Assembly (NCBI RefSeq): GCF_001194135.2
Contig: NC_068999.1
Location: forward strand, 54,820,166-54,871,185
DNA length: 51,020 nucleotides
Direction: 5' to 3'
Origin: Octopus bimaculoides
Taxonomy: Eukaryota
Shown in pieces: positions 1-13,382 of this stretch; position 1 is the first letter of the stretch, and every line of letters begins with the position of its first letter. Both the position numbers and the translations under genes were made by a program. Below the pieces are notes generated by a model. That model was not told the origin of the DNA and did not search any database. It worked only from the letters and a program-made list of their open reading frames with translations.

Positions 1-124
1 TATATATATATATATATATATACATATATACATATGCATATATCTTTGTGTGTGTGTGTGTATATATTTGTGTATATGTATGTTTGCATCTCTATATATG
101 TGTATGTGTTGGTGTGTATGTATC

Positions 125-420
125 ATTATCCCCATCATCATCATTTAATGCCCACTTTTCATGCTGGCATGGGTTGGACGGTTTGGCTGAGGACTGGCAA
201 GGCAGGAGACTGCTCCAGACTCTAATCTGATCTGGCATGGTTTCTACGGCTGGATGCCTTTCCTAATACGACGGGCTTCTTTCAGTTTCCATCTACCAAA
301 TCCATTCACATGGCTTTGGTTGGCCTGAAGCTATAGTAGAAGACACTTACCCAAGATGTCACGTTGTTGGACTGAACCTGGAACCATGTGGTTGGTAGGC
401 AAGCTCCTTACCACACAGCT
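125..420 (-). mobile_element. tRNA-derived SINE, head plus RTE-like (GAT)n tail (composite type)
   Basis: Head (reverse of GCTGTGTGGTAAG...GGTTCCAGGTTCAGTCC) and tail with CATCATCATTTAATGCCCACTTTTC recur at 3895, 7100, 17215 and 40150. Confidence 0.8.
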
Positions 421-515
421 ACACAAAAATTTTCAGGATGTATGTATGTAGGTATGTTATGAGTGTGTTTATGTGTATGTATACGTGGTATATAAATATG
501 TGTGTGTGTGTGTGT

Positions 516-1343
516 NNNNNNNNNNNNNNNNNNNNNNNNNNNNNNNNNNNNNNNNNNNNNNNNNNNNNNNNNNNNNNNNNNNNNNNNNNNNNNNNNNNNN
601 NNNNNNNNNNNNNNNNNNNNNNNNNNNNNNNNNNNNNNNNNNNNNNNNNNNNNNNNNNNNNNNNNNNNNNNNNNNNNNNNNNNNNNNNNNNNNNNNNNNN
701 NNNNNNNNNNNNNNNNNNNNNNNNNNNNNNNNNNNNNNNNNNNNNNNNNNNNNNNNNNNNNNNNNNNNNNNNNNNNNNNNNNNNNNNNNNNNNNNNNNNN
801 NNNNNNNNNNNNNNNNNNNNNNNNNNNNNNNNNNNNNNNNNNNNNNNNNNNNNNNNNNNNNNNNNNNNNNNNNNNNNNNNNNNNNNNNNNNNNNNNNNNN
901 NNNNNNNNNNNNNNNNNNNNNNNNNNNNNNNNNNNNNNNNNNNNNNNNNNNNNNNNNNNNNNNNNNNNNNNNNNNNNNNNNNNNNNNNNNNNNNNNNNNN
1001 NNNNNNNNNNNNNNNNNNNNNNNNNNNNNNNNNNNNNNNNNNNNNNNNNNNNNNNNNNNNNNNNNNNNNNNNNNNNNNNNNNNNNNNNNNNNNNNNNNNN
1101 NNNNNNNNNNNNNNNNNNNNNNNNNNNNNNNNNNNNNNNNNNNNNNNNNNNNNNNNNNNNNNNNNNNNNNNNNNNNNNNNNNNNNNNNNNNNNNNNNNNN
1201 NNNNNNNNNNNNNNNNNNNNNNNNNNNNNNNNNNNNNNNNNNNNNNNNNNNNNNNNNNNNNNNNNNNNNNNNNNNNNNNNNNNNNNNNNNNNNNNNNNNN
1301 NNNNNNNNNNNNNNNNNNNNNNNNNNNNNNNNNNNNNNNNNNN
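516..1343. other. Assembly gap (N run)
   Basis: Run of N; begins at a (TG)n microsatellite. Confidence 0.99.
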
Positions 1344-1580
1344 TGTTGGAGGGAATAAAGTTTGAGTTTCTTGTGACAGTCCCAATAATCATGACTTGTC
1401 ATGTCTGTTTTGCTTTTGTGAGCAATCTCTGGGGTACTTCAAATTTTTACAATATTTTGTTTCATGTAGGGAGACCAGAGCAGTCAATATTCAAGGTGAG
1501 GACAGGTGAAGGTGGACAAGAGAAGGATAATGGTGGGAGCGTCTCTAGGCTGAAAAGTCCTGAGGATTCAGATACACGGA
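1344..1580 (-). mobile_element. CR1/L2-clade LINE ORF2 C-terminal remnant
   Basis: Minus-strand translation with stops: ILRTFQPRDAPTIILL...PHLEY*LLWSPYMKQNI...DYWDCHKKLKLYSLQ, matching the RPHLEYC...WSPY...YWERLKxLxLYSL(Q/E)RRR region of CR1/L2 elements. Confidence 0.8.
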
Positions 1581-1604
1581 AGTGTAAGTTGTTGTCGGCA
1601 ACAT

Positions 1605-1975
1605 GTATCTTTTATCTTTTACTTGTTTCAGTCATTAGACTGTGGCCATGCCGGAGCACCGCCTTGGTGAATTTTTTCAGTACAATGAATCAACCCCAGT
1701 ATGTATTCTTTAAGCCTAGTTACTGTATTGGTCTATTTTGCCAAACCGCTAAGTTACAGTGATGTAAGCACACTAACATCGGTTGTCAAGTGGTGGTGGT
1801 GATGAGACACACACACACACACACACACACACACAACAGGCTTCTTTCAGTTCCCGTCTACCAAATCCACTCAAAAGGTTTTGGTCGGCCCGAAGCCGCA
1901 GTAGAAGACAGTTGCCCAAGATGACACGCAGTGGGATTGAACCCGGAACCATGTGGTTGGGAAGCAAGTTTCTTA
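1605..1975 (-). mobile_element. tRNA-derived SINE (about 400 bp, internal (CA)n microsatellite)
   Basis: Same head/body/tail as copies at 10345, 12050, 18890, 30625, 40835 and 46025. Confidence 0.85.
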
Positions 1976-2432
1976 TCACATTCCATACAATGTTTATGCT
2001 GCACCAGCACACTGGTCTGTCCTTGGCTCCAGGGATATATAAATACATCAGTTTTTCTATAGGTTTAAAACCTCTCGCTCACACTTGCCCGTCTGGAGAC
2101 ATGGGTCGTGAATAGTGAGTCCCTTAATGATCCTTCTCACAACACAACATAGTTGAGAGAGGGGGGGGAGAAAAGTGGAGGTGAGGTATGTTATATATTG
2201 TAAATATTTAAATACACATACAAATAACTTGTAAACGCAGATGCAAATACCGAACAACATATAAAACATGTAAACATAGACACAAAGACAAAAAAAAAGA
2301 GGCAAACATTGACAAGTAACTAATAGCATAAAAATATGCAAATAGTCCACCAAAAGCGAATTTTAAAATACAGGCATAGACTTCGTAAACACAAATACAC
2401 GTGTCTCTAGATATACACAAACACAATAACAG

Positions 2433-2473
<41 letters not shown>

Positions 2474-2529
2474 ACCCTATACACACACATTTAGCGACAG
2501 AAGCAGTATTAATACACACACAAAATTAC

Positions 2530-2661
2530 TCATCGTTGTTGTTTACAATAGTTAACTGTCATATTGTAAGGTAGAGTGCAGGAAGGAAGTGGGAGATTAT
2601 TACAGGAACATAAGGTGGAAGAAAGAGATGGTGAGAGAAAGTGAGAAGGGGAGGTGACATA

Positions 2662-2712
<51 letters not shown>

Positions 2713-2779
2713 ACACAGACAAGTGAGGGTGTACGAAAGAACAAAGACCGTGTGGTAAGAGAATGAAGTAAGGAGAGAT

Positions 2780-2822
<43 letters not shown>

Positions 2823-2900
2823 TAGAGAAAGCAAAGGTAGTATGGGGGGGAGGAGAGGGAGCACGATAAAACAGATGTTTTCGAACACAAAAGAATCTCA
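2530..2900 (-). other. Candidate first exon of a second minus-strand gene: (CT)n-rich leader ending ATG A|gtaatt
   Basis: Minus strand reads aaacaacaacgATGA|gtaatt (ATG 2533-2531, donor at 2529); CpG-retaining, (CT)n-rich context at about 2.1-3.9 kb. The 5' end is a guess. Confidence 0.3.
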
Positions 2901-3109
2901 ACTTTATAAACAAGCTGAAATGACATACTGTATCTCACCTATGTATTACACAGTGGATTGAAAAACTTCGATTCATTGAGATTATCCATGCAATTATTAG
3001 ACAAATTCTCCCTCATAAGTGTTTAAAAATTAAGAACACCAACCAAGAGAGATAACTCCAACGTAAAGGGGGGGGGATGACTCACGTCTGAGTCATTTTT
3101 CAGATTTCA

Positions 3110-3330
3110 ATACGTGCCAAACAGAGCTGCTACATGGTCGCTCCGCTTGTTAGAAATAGCAGTCAGATTTACCTGAAATAACACCCTACAGCTTGAAATA
3201 AAGGAAGGACACATCAGACAAGATAATCCTTGATAATTATAAAAAGAACGGATATCGACGACCAGGATGACTCTAATCCCACTGGAGCAGGATTGACCTG
3301 GAGCTGAACAACAACAAAAACGATTCTCTT
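3110..3330 (-). repeat. Dispersed repeat family with GGCTGCTATTTCTAG / AGGTCAGCCCTG motifs and (AAC)n end
   Basis: Related copies near 7660, 15100, 16990, 20770, 21440, 29350, 41690, 42180, 47900, 48660 and 49080; class unassigned (probably a SINE or LINE 3' end). Confidence 0.65.
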
Positions 3331-3894
3331 TCAGTGACAATGAAGTTTCAGTTTATTTCATGGAACTGATCGGATTTCACAAAGCAGACGATGGATGGAT
3401 GGATGTGTTTCTTTATTGGCCACACAGGGCTGAACACAGAGGGGACAAAATACAAAGTAGAGCTTTTCTTTTTGGGAAGGAACGAAAAAAAAGTGGGAGT
3501 AGAATTTCGATAGATAGATAGATAGATAGAGAGGGAGGGAGGGAGAGAGAGGGGATGGAGGTACGGAGTGGGCTATTCTAGCAGAAGTAATGTGCCAAGT
3601 GGGTTGAATATATAACGCACGCCAGTTATTACATTATTACTAGATACACACATAAAAAAAAAAAAATATATATATTGTTCAGTGTGTGATATATGTTTGC
3701 AGCAAAGAGAGTAATCCTGCTGCAGGCTGGGCTGCAACTAAACCAGTTGGCAGGAAAACTGAGCCTCTCTATTGAAAGGTGTTTACGTTTGTTAGTGCTG
3801 GCATATAACTACATGTGCAGAGAGAAGTGGTTCTACAACTACGCTATGGACACGACAGGAGATGAGAGTGGCAGTGGTGGTAACCATAGACTTT

Positions 3895-4320
3895 CATCAT
3901 CGTCGTCGTCGTCGTTTTAACGTCCACTTTACCCAACTAGCATGAGTTGAATAGATATTGTAGGGGCAGATTTTCTATGGCTGGATGCCTTTCTTGTCAC
4001 TTTACTGTTTCCAAGTAAGGCGATATTTCCCCCATGGTTGGGTATATTTTCATGAAAGATTGGAAACGAAAGACACTGCTTGCATGACAGTGGCACTTGT
4101 TTACAACTATGACAGGAAGTTAAGGCAAGGCGACAGTTACATACACACATACGCAGACACCATGGTATTCTTTCAGTTTCCATCTACCAAATCCATTCAC
4201 AAGGCTTTGGTTGACTCAGGATTATAGTAGAAGACACTAGCCCAAGGTGCCACACAATGGGACTGAACTCAAAACCATGTGGTTGGGAAGTAAACTTTTA
4301 AGCACAAAACCATGCCTGCA
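3895..4320 (-). mobile_element. Composite tRNA SINE (shared head plus RTE-like tail)
   Basis: Head 4150-4320 and tail 3895-4135 ending in CAT/CGT triplets on plus. Confidence 0.8.
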
Positions 4321-4679
4321 CCTACCATCTTTGTTCAAGCAATAAACATAAAACGTCAAAAGGTAATTAACAGGAGGAAATCAGTGCATTTGTTGTTTAG
4401 CTTCATGTCAGCCATGACCGAGCAGACTTATAATCAGGAATTCCATCCATGAACATCCATTTTATGTATCACAGATTATATTTTCCCCTCATCCCTTCAT
4501 GGGGAAAGCAAATTGATAAAAAAAATTTAAAAATCCATGGTGAATGGTGGATTGTAGAAAACTGTAAGAATGTTGAACTGGATGTCTTGGAGAATTTGTT
4601 TCAGATTTTTGCATTCTTTGTTCAAATTCTGCTGTGATTAATTTGGATAGCAGACTGAATCTCCTGCCAAGTTTAATAC

Positions 4680-5010
4680 CACCGCTTGCCACTTTGGGTG
4701 CCTTTAGTGGAGTCCTCTCCGTTGCAAGCATTTGGGTCAGGCCTCCAGTTTGAGGATACTTCCCCCACACCACCTCATTCAATCCCATGAACTCTGAGAA
4801 GTGTCATGGGCTGCTTCTCTCTTGATTCCTCACCATGCCTTTTCTGTAGCTTTCAACTTGCAACTGTACAAGAAAAACATCAATGGTTTGATTCTCACCA
4901 GTATCAGAGAATCCATAAAGGCTATGGCACAGTTCCTACCTCCAGATCAAAAGAAAATCTGTTGCAGTTCTTCAGAGCCATGATGGAAACACACATTTCC
5001 ACAACCTCTA
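4680..5010 (+). mobile_element. Highly degenerate Tc1/mariner transposase C-terminal remnant
   Basis: Fragments FNPMN and IRESIKAMAQFLPPDQKKICCSS/FRAMMET resemble the PDLNPMD...LKAAI...ACxxFRxRLEAV tail. Confidence 0.3.
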
Positions 5011-5270
5011 CCAATTACCATCATCATAAGGATGGTAGAATAACGACGGGAGGTGGAGTGGCAGATATAGTAAGGAGCTTAAGACAAAATATCTCACAAT
5101 TTTTGGTTAGATCCTTCTACACAATGTTTTCAAATTCCACTACAGCTGACTTTGCCTTTCATCTTTCCAGTGGGGTTAATAAAATAAAAACAAGTTAAGT
5201 ACTAGAGAATTGTGATATGACCTATTACACTCTCCCCTAAAATGTGTGGCCCCTCAGTGATTGTTCTCAC

Positions 5271-5338
5271 GGTGGTGAACGGAAGAACAGGCAGAGCATC
5301 AAACAACATGCAGTGGAGCACTGGGAAAGTCACTAGAA
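5271..5338 (-). CDS. Candidate downstream exon of the minus-strand gene (68 nt)
   Basis: Strong acceptor gttattttatgtttacag and donor ACC|gtgaga; phase 1 reads LVTFPVLHCMLFDALPVLPFTT, phase 2 reads SSDFPSAPLHVV*. Linkage to upstream exons not established. Confidence 0.25.
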
Positions 5339-5569
5339 CTGTAAACATAAAATAACAGTGTTAGGTAGGAGAGGTAGAACAACAAGCAAAATGCCTTGTA
5401 TTATTTAGTCATCCCTTCCTTTAAATCCTGGCAAGGTTGACTTCAACGTCCATCCTTCCACAGTTGAAAAACTAGATACCATTCAAATACTGAGATTAGA
5501 ATAATCAACTATTAGCTATCTCTCAAATCTGGGGCCTCTTCATAGTTCCATAGGCATTAAGAGGGTGAG

Positions 5570-5895
5570 CTGGGAGGTGCATGGTTAGAGTATTTGAGTC
5601 ACGATTGTCAGGTCATATGTTCAATTCCTGGCAGTGAGTTGAGTCCTTGAGCAAGACACTTTATTTCATGCTGCTCCAGTCCACTCAGCCGGCCAAAATG
5701 AACAGTACCTGTAATTCAAAAGGGCCAGCCTTGTTGCATTCTATGTCTCCCCAAGAACTTGTTGCACTGAATCTCCCCGAGAACTACATTAAGGGTACGC
5801 GTGTCTGTGGAGTGCTCAGCCACTTGCATGTTAATTTCACAAGCAAGCTGTTCTATTGATCGGATTGACTGGAACACTTGTCGTAAACAATGGAG
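5570..5895 (+). mobile_element. tRNA-derived SINE (TTGAGCAAGACACTTTATTTCA...CCAGTCCACTCAGC body)
   Basis: B-box-like GTTCAATTCC; body shared with copies at 24300 and 31015. Confidence 0.7.
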
Positions 5896-6703
5896 TAACA
5901 ATCCAGCCAAGATTGTTACTGCACTGGGCAAAATACTTGGCAGCATTTGTTCTGACTTTACATTTTGAATTCAAATGCTGCTGAGGCCGACTTTGTCCAT
6001 CCTCTGGGGCCAATAAAATTAGTACCAGTCAAGTACTGGAATCGATATGACTACTTCCTCCACTAAAACTTCAGGCCTTTTAATAGAAAGAATTATTACA
6101 TTGATATTATATAGAGATTATGATATTGTCATCTCATCCAGAAGTTATCTATAGATCATACTCTCTGACATTCATGTAAATAATGTCAACCAGTATTGAG
6201 TTAAAAACAACTTATAAATGCAGGTTGTGTGCAGTGAAATGCACTCATATGCAATTGTATCACAATGCACTTGATGCAGTTCACATTTGAATTAAGAAAA
6301 GCAGAATGCATGTTTGAAGGATGGAATCTAGGGATATGCAAATACACTGCTTTTCAAAAATTGATTTTAACAATTCGAAAATTTTTCATAATTGCTATTG
6401 CCAGTACTGCAAGAATAATTTTCAAAAGAAATATATAAATAAAACCATCATAGGGCTAAAGATATCAACTGAAATATAAATATATACAAGCTACACAAAT
6501 ATAAAAAAACATATATCTCTGGAGCCATTTTTTAATTAACAGCATAGCCAAAGAAGAAAAAAAATTGCACAAAACTATCTTGTCCGCTTTGTCAAACAAA
6601 CCTACCAAGCTGATTTTCCCTTTCTAATTGTCATTAGATTCAATGTAAATCAATTATTTAAGATATTATTTAATTGAAATTAAATTCATTTTTGTTGTGG
6701 TTG

Positions 6704-6779
6704 TTAATATTTGTTTGCCCATCCCACTCTAGAATAAGCTGTTGGGAGAATTGTAACAAACCAAACGTGTTTAATATCA
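6704..6779 (-). CDS. Candidate terminal coding exon
   Basis: Acceptor attgttttttatttcag; phase 2 reads DIKHVWFVTILPTAYSRVGWANKY*, followed by U-rich UTR-like sequence. Confidence 0.22.
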
Positions 6780-7099
6780 CTGAAATAAAAAACAATATTC
6801 CACACAAAAGTAAATTAATAAATACAAACACACATACATACATATGAGAAAAGATAATGATAGCAACTGATGACAGTCATAATGATCATAGGCTAATTAA
6901 TGAGAGAACTAAAACATAATAGCTGATTTTGATTAAATATATATATAGGTAGATAGATGGAGAACAGCAGTTTTGAAGAGGTCACAAAGTGAAAAACTTT
7001 ACACAAAGTTTTAACTAAGACCTCAACCACATATTGGGAGCCAACCACTAACCCACTCCTACATGCCTGCTCCTAAGTCATGAGATAAAAGAACTTGAT

Positions 7100-7505
7100 A
7101 TCATCATCATCATTTAATGTCCACTTTTCCATGTTTGCATGGATCAGATGATGTTTATTGAGGCATATTTTCTATGTCTGGATGCTCTTCCTACCACCTG
7201 TTTCCAAGCAAGGTAATATTTCCCCATGACCAGACATGTTTTTCATCAAAGATCAGAAATGAACAACATCACTTGTATGATTAAGATGTTTATTTAGAAC
7301 CATCACATGATGTCAAGGCAAAAATATACACAAACATGCAGACACTCAGACATACGTGTACAACAGGCTTCTTTCAGTTTCTGGTCACTGACAAACTTTA
7401 GTCAGCACAAGGCTATTGTAGAAGACACTTGCCCAAGGTGCTGCACCATGCAACTGAACCTGAGACCACATGGTTAGGAAGCAAACTTCTTAACCACACA
7501 GTCAC
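7100..7505 (-). mobile_element. Composite tRNA SINE (shared head plus RTE-like tail)
   Basis: Homologous to 3895-4320. Confidence 0.8.
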
Positions 7506-7803
7506 ATCTGTGCCTGTGAGACATGTAAAATACATGGGGTGTTCTATGAAGAGGTGGTGGCTTATACCTTCGTGAGATAATGAAGAGCAACATACATGAC
7601 CTTTGTGAGGCCTCTGAGATAGGTTAGAATAAAGGGAGTAAGAAACAACTGGTGCGTTACTGTTGTTGTTTAGTTCCAGGTGAACACAAAACAAGCAGAC
7701 GTATGACTGAATATGTTCCAGTCCTGGCTATCACATCTTTTTAGGGACATACTGGACAACATAATTTAATGTTTTCCATAATAGGGGTCAATTATATGTA
7801 GAA

Positions 7804-8005
7804 CAGTGGTTCTCACCCAGGGTCCATATGGCCCCAGAGGGTTCATATAAAATTTCTGGGGGTCCATGTGATAAAATAGTAAATTGAGGATCCACAATAG
7901 TATTTTAAGGGCTCCTGAAAAAATTATGCTTTAAATGTATCTCGTATTGGTATGTATTGCAAGAAACAGCAGGGTTTCTTTCTCTAACATTTTACATAGT
8001 ATTCA
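7804..8005 (+). mobile_element. hAT-like MITE fragment
   Basis: Starts CAGTGGTTCTCA (typical hAT terminal repeat); homologous to the inverted copy at 22110-22343. Confidence 0.55.
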
Positions 8006-8509
8006 ATATTAGAAAATCTGCCTCAATAAATTCTGTCTGATCCCATGCAAGTACATAAAAGTGGATGTTAACCAATGACGATGTTCATGTTGATGATGAA
8101 GAATGCTGTTTCGAGGTCACATGTAAAAAAAAAAAACTTAGAATGAAAAACAAGAGTTTCGACTAAACCCCACCCCTGCCCTAAAAGCTCTTACTCACAG
8201 ACACATGTTTCTGTATCAACCAGCAGCTCAAATTAGTGCTTGCTCCCAACCTCTTGAGGTGAACTATGTCGGATATGGGACATGTTGTGAAACACATGTG
8301 GTGCAAATGACAATTTTACTGAAGTTGCCTGGGGACCACATCACAGACTCACAAGTGTGGCGGTGATGGTGATGGCAGTGTTAATATATGAGGTGCTAAT
8401 GACAAGGTTACGCTGTTGCCAGGCAACCTCATAACATACTCTGGAGTAATGGATGTAATGGGTGGTGGTGATAATGTTAATACATGTGGTGCTAATGACA
8501 AAGTTGAGG

Positions 8510-8755
8510 TCATTGGCTAGCAACTAAATAAGAGACTGCAGGGTGTAGGGGTGATGGTGGTAGTAGTGACACTGTGTAACAGCTGTAACACAATGAATGG
8601 TAGTAACCATCTGACAGGGAGGGGCAATAAAATGAAATTCTAGTCATGCCCTTATTTATATGAACAGTTGGAGTACAACACAGGTCCCCCAACCCCTCCA
8701 GCCTAAGAGAAGACTCCAGGGAGTTTGAAGTATGACATTTCCATATTTTTCTCTT
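8510..8755 (-). CDS. Candidate exon (open 81 codons in phase 0)
   Basis: Acceptor agatttattttcag, then KRKIWKCHTSNSLESSLRLEGLGDLCC...; no recognisable domain and the distal part is low complexity. Confidence 0.18.
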   Translation of the reverse strand, partial: KRKIWKCHTSNSLESSLRLEGLGDLCCTPTVHINKGMTRISFYCPSLSDGYYHSLCYSCYTVSLLPPSPLHPAVSYLVASQ

Positions 8756-9905
8756 CTGAAAATAAATCTGTCTGAGAAAACTGGTTGATTTTTATTCAAT
8801 AGTAGAATTATTAAAAGTATTTTATTGCTTGCTTCACCAACAGAATGGATTTAATATTGAACATGTTCCAAAAAGGTCGCAGCAGCACCAGGATCAGATG
8901 TTTTCATGTTCAAGTCTTGAAGAAACTAAATCTTTCCAGAGACCTGTGCTGCTTTAAGCAGTGCCTAGACATTTCTGAGGAATTACTTTTGAATTTCTTT
9001 GATTTAACACCTTCCATTCATTATTGGTGATTCATAAAAATGTTAAGAGTACCAAGTTAATTGATTAATGTTACTAACAATACTTTGAAATTAAGTCAAA
9101 TACTACAGTTATATGTATTTGGATTGGGTCTGTATTCTACATTTCTTTCCATATGAGAATTTAATAAAAGAAAAAAAAGTTAACCATTTGCCCACCCTCT
9201 CATATTTTGCAACCACTCTCAATACCCTCTAATATCCGTCATCAATGCCATCTCTCTTGCTAATATCTGTCATCACTAAATACCTCTGATCTTCATCTCA
9301 GTCCTGGAACATTTCTCTCTCTCCTACTCTCCAAACCAGCACATCATCTCCCTATTTTCTGATTTATCTACAGGGTTATTCTACTATTGCTGCTCTCCAT
9401 CCTTCTTGTACTACCACTTGCCACCTCTTCTTGTATGAGCTATTTCTTTGATCCTCTCTCCCAAACCAATGTTTACCATTGACCACATCTCCACCCATTT
9501 ACATTCACTACATTCACCTCCACCCCACCATCTCTAACTACTTGCCACTCTCCTCTCTCACTCCAATGAACCTATCTACCCACACCTCCCCATATTAGTC
9601 TGCAATCTCTCAAACATACACCTTTTTGTATCTGGAGAGCATATTCTGATATATTATCACCAACATCTTTATCTGATTTCCAGCAAATATCACCCCCTCC
9701 TATATAATACCAGGTAGCCATGTATTTCTTCTGTAGCAAGATACCTGTCTTTCTACCATACTTGTGCCTCTCGATACCTGGCATAAAGCCACCTCCCCCT
9801 CCATTAGTACAGGTCTTTTACTGAAGTCTTCTGTCAATGTTCTTTTGGTTCCTGCATCACATGCATATTCATAAACACAAGGCACTGATTTGCATACGTA
9901 TATAC

Positions 9906-9956
<51 letters not shown>

Positions 9957-10344
9957 TGCACTCAGTTCTTTTTCTTGCAAGTTACTTGGTGACTTCAATG
10001 GTGCCAGTGTCATAAAAAAGAGAACCCAGTACACTCAACGGTTGGTGCTTGAGAAGAGCTTACAGCCACAGAATCACTTCAAAGCAGGCAATGGGGCTCA
10101 ACACAGTCCTTCAGTTTATTGAATTCTGTTAAACCAGCCAACCCCATGCCAGCATAGAAGATAATATGCTAAATGAAGGTGGTAAAGATCATACAAAGTC
10201 CAGTAAACAACTTTCCAAAAGAAAGCTGTTTCTTAAACTTTTGATTGGTCATTTCTTACATGGGAGTGACAGTTGGTCAACAGTTTAACAATGGCAGATG
10301 AGGGAGCTTCTATATTTTTACTGCTTGACCCTCTTAAAATACAA

Positions 10345-10680
10345 TCACATGGATTTGGGTTCAGTCACACTGCATGGCACCTCGAGAAAGTGTCTCCTGC
10401 TATAACCTTGAGCCAACCTAAGCCTTGTGAGTGGATTTGGTAGACGGAAACTGAAAGGAGCCTGGCGTGTGTGTGTCTTTTTTGGTCCCCACAACCTCTT
10501 GACAACTGGTGTTGGTGTGTTTATGTCCCTGTAACATATCAGTTTAGCAAAAGAGGCCAACAGAATAAATACCAGGCTTAAAAAAAAAGTACAGGGATTG
10601 GTTCAACAAAAAATTCTCAAAGGTAGTGCCCCAGCTTGGCCACAGTCTAATGACTGAAACAAGTAAAAGATGAAAGATAA
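10345..10680 (+). mobile_element. tRNA-derived SINE with internal (TG)n
   Basis: Same family as 1605-1975, opposite orientation. Confidence 0.85.
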
Positions 10681-12049
10681 AGATTGCATAATGCAGTTCA
10701 GAAAACACTAACCAAGACAGGTTAGTACCAGTTTGGACATTTTTGATGATGTCTTTTCTCAATCAGGAATAATCTGAAGCTTAACAGTTACAACAACCAG
10801 TGCCCAGGACTGCAAATAGGTACCATTAACAATCGATGTAATATAACTGCTTCATCATATACAGTCCAAGCAGGTATGTGGGTATTTTGAAAATACCTCA
10901 TGGAGTGATGATTATGCCCTGCATAGTTACAAGCTGCCCTTTGGCAAGGGACATCACCCATTCAACCACCCCGTCAAGGATACAGCAAATTCACAGGACT
11001 GTGACATGGCAGATTGTAAAGAGGTAGTGGAAGAGCTCAACTGAGCTGATAACATTGATGCTGAGCAGAGGAATCCTAGAAGATCAATAGTCAGGATCAC
11101 TAAGTTTTATCAAGAGAGCAACTGCAACACATCCACAGGGTGTCCATGGTTGTGTAATCAGCTAATGAAAGATTCACTTTGACTCAATCTCCCAATTCAA
11201 ATTCATAATAATGGAATTGGATGGTGGCAAAGAATCATGGGAATCCGTGAACACACATCTTGTCCTATGTTCAGCAATATGCTCTAACTCTGAATAAACT
11301 CACATCTTTCTTCATCCTTTTGGTACCAATCCACCCTAGACTGTCCCTGGTTCCATGACACAAACTGCCTGTTTTATGGTGATCTAAATTAAAATTCTAT
11401 GCTAATCTGTTCCAAACACCAGCTTAATAATGACAAAGTTATTTTAGCATACTTCATTATTTTGAAATTTAATTGAAACAAAAGGCAGTATATTTCAAAA
11501 GAAATGTAACAAAAGGATTAAGTATATGTCTAAAAAATTGGATCTATATATTTCTCTTGTAACTGGAAAAAACCCCCACTGACTCTATATTCATGTTTTT
11601 TCATTTAATCTACTTGGTATTTCACTGTCTGTGAGATCCTTAGCCTCACAGTAACCCTGGATTGAACTGCAGATGACCTAGTTGTCACATATTTTAATTC
11701 ATGTTCTCTACACACAGTTAGTTTGGTTGCAATATTGAACATTCTTTTAAATGGTTACTGTGACCTCTTTTTGTCTCCACCAGTATTCAAAACACCTACC
11801 CCTTACTGCTCTTATTGCTCTCAAGGTTACATCAAATACCACTATTCTATGTTGACAGATGACAGCTCATACCATTGTCTATGATACACTTCCCTCAACT
11901 GCCACATCTATTCATTAATACAAACTTAATACTTACTTTTTCAGGATTTTATTTCTTGAATGCGGTTTGAATATTCATCTATTTTTTTACAAACTAGATT
12001 TTCACTTTTGGTACTAATGATCGTTTTGACTGGGTACAAGGCCAACTTG

Positions 12050-12430
12050 ATTTTTTTATTTTACTTGTGTTAGTCATTGGACTGCAGCCATTCTAGAGCA
12101 CTGCCTTGAAGGGCTTAATAAAAAAAATTGACCCCAGTGCTCATCTTTTTTTAAAGCCTGGTAGTTATTCTATCAGTGTCTTTTATTGAACTGCTAAGTT
12201 ATGGAGATGTAAATAAACCAGCACCAGTTGCCAAGTGGTGATGGGGGACAAATACAAACACATAGATATATACATATAGTGCACAAGAGGCTTTTTTTCA
12301 GTTTCTGTTGACCAAATCCACACACTGGTTGGCTGGGGCTATAGAAGAAGACACTTGCCTAAAGCACCACGCAGTGGAACTGAACCTGGAACCATGTGGG
12401 TGGGAAGCAAACTTCTTACAATACAGCCTC
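12050..12430 (-). mobile_element. tRNA-derived SINE
   Basis: Same family as 1605-1975. Confidence 0.85.
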
Positions 12431-13364
12431 ACCTGTGTCTTTATGGGGAAAATTAAAATACAAAATCAACCGAAACATGTAACAGGTGCCTTAATTCATT
12501 GATTACAGAAAAAATTCATGGCTATAATTCATGGATGACAGATAAAATCAATTTTGAATGAGTTTTGGAATTATGAATAAAGACAACAGAAATCAAATAA
12601 ACGTTTTTAGTTAGTTATTCAAAGCCATTTCTGTTACCTATTAAAACATTATTAAATTAAGCAATTATTGAATTTAATTAGTTGGAATGGTTAGATTTAT
12701 AAAGAATATTATTCCTTAACCCTTTCATGACTATATTTCTGCTTATTTATTCCAATCAATATTAGAAAATAACAAAAAATTTTGAAGGATTTAGCTTAAT
12801 AACTTTGTCCTTTAGACTAACAACTTGCAAGCTTTAGGTTTGAATCCACTTGATGCATTTTATTGTTATTCAGATGGGGCCTGTAATTCTACATATCTCT
12901 GGATATTTGACTCGTGTTTTGGACTAGACTATTATGTATAGATCCCAGATATCATTGGAATGTTTCTTTATATAAGACTGGACTCCTCCTATCCAGGGAA
13001 AATTTATAACTCATCCAGGAGCTATATACCCATCTTAACAGTGCCTTGGTTCCCCGAGAGACACTGTTGCTAGCTGTTATATAATGTTATATTAAGACAT
13101 TTCATCCATGTCCATTCTATCTTGTTTCAGGAATAGTTTCTCCACAATCTTATTATTTAAACTGTCCTGTAATTTACAAGGGAGAATGGTACAATCTGAG
13201 GGGGATTTGACTATTATTTCCAGCAGTGAAGCAACCACATAAAGCCTCTGACCGTTATGAGGACATTACTGGTGACTCAGCTAACCTTACAATAAAACTA
13301 TGGAAATGGTAGTGATACTTTGGACAAGGAATATTTCTTACTTGAGCCTGTTAGAGCCACTTAC

Positions 13365-13382
13365 ATGGTAGAATGATTAACA
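13365..13382 (-). CDS. Candidate micro-exon, 18 nt
   Basis: ctgtttctag|TGTTAATCATTCTACCAT|gtaagt; open in phase 1 (LIILP) and phase 2 (VNHST). Confidence 0.45.

Noticed and set aside
1470-1583. Plus-strand exon-like segment with GTAAGT donor (RPEQSIFKVRTGEGG...)
   Set aside because: It is the antisense of the CR1/L2 LINE remnant.
408-1762. Long ORFs spanning N gaps (also 42444-43126 and 43764-44772)
   Set aside because: They are open only because N codons contain no stops.
10767-10873. Plus-strand exon-like segment with a RHIM-like look (NQCPGLQIGTINN)
   Set aside because: LQIG is not the canonical (I/V)Q(I/V/L)G core, the segment is unlinked to any gene, and it is on the less-supported strand; kept only as part of the competing model.
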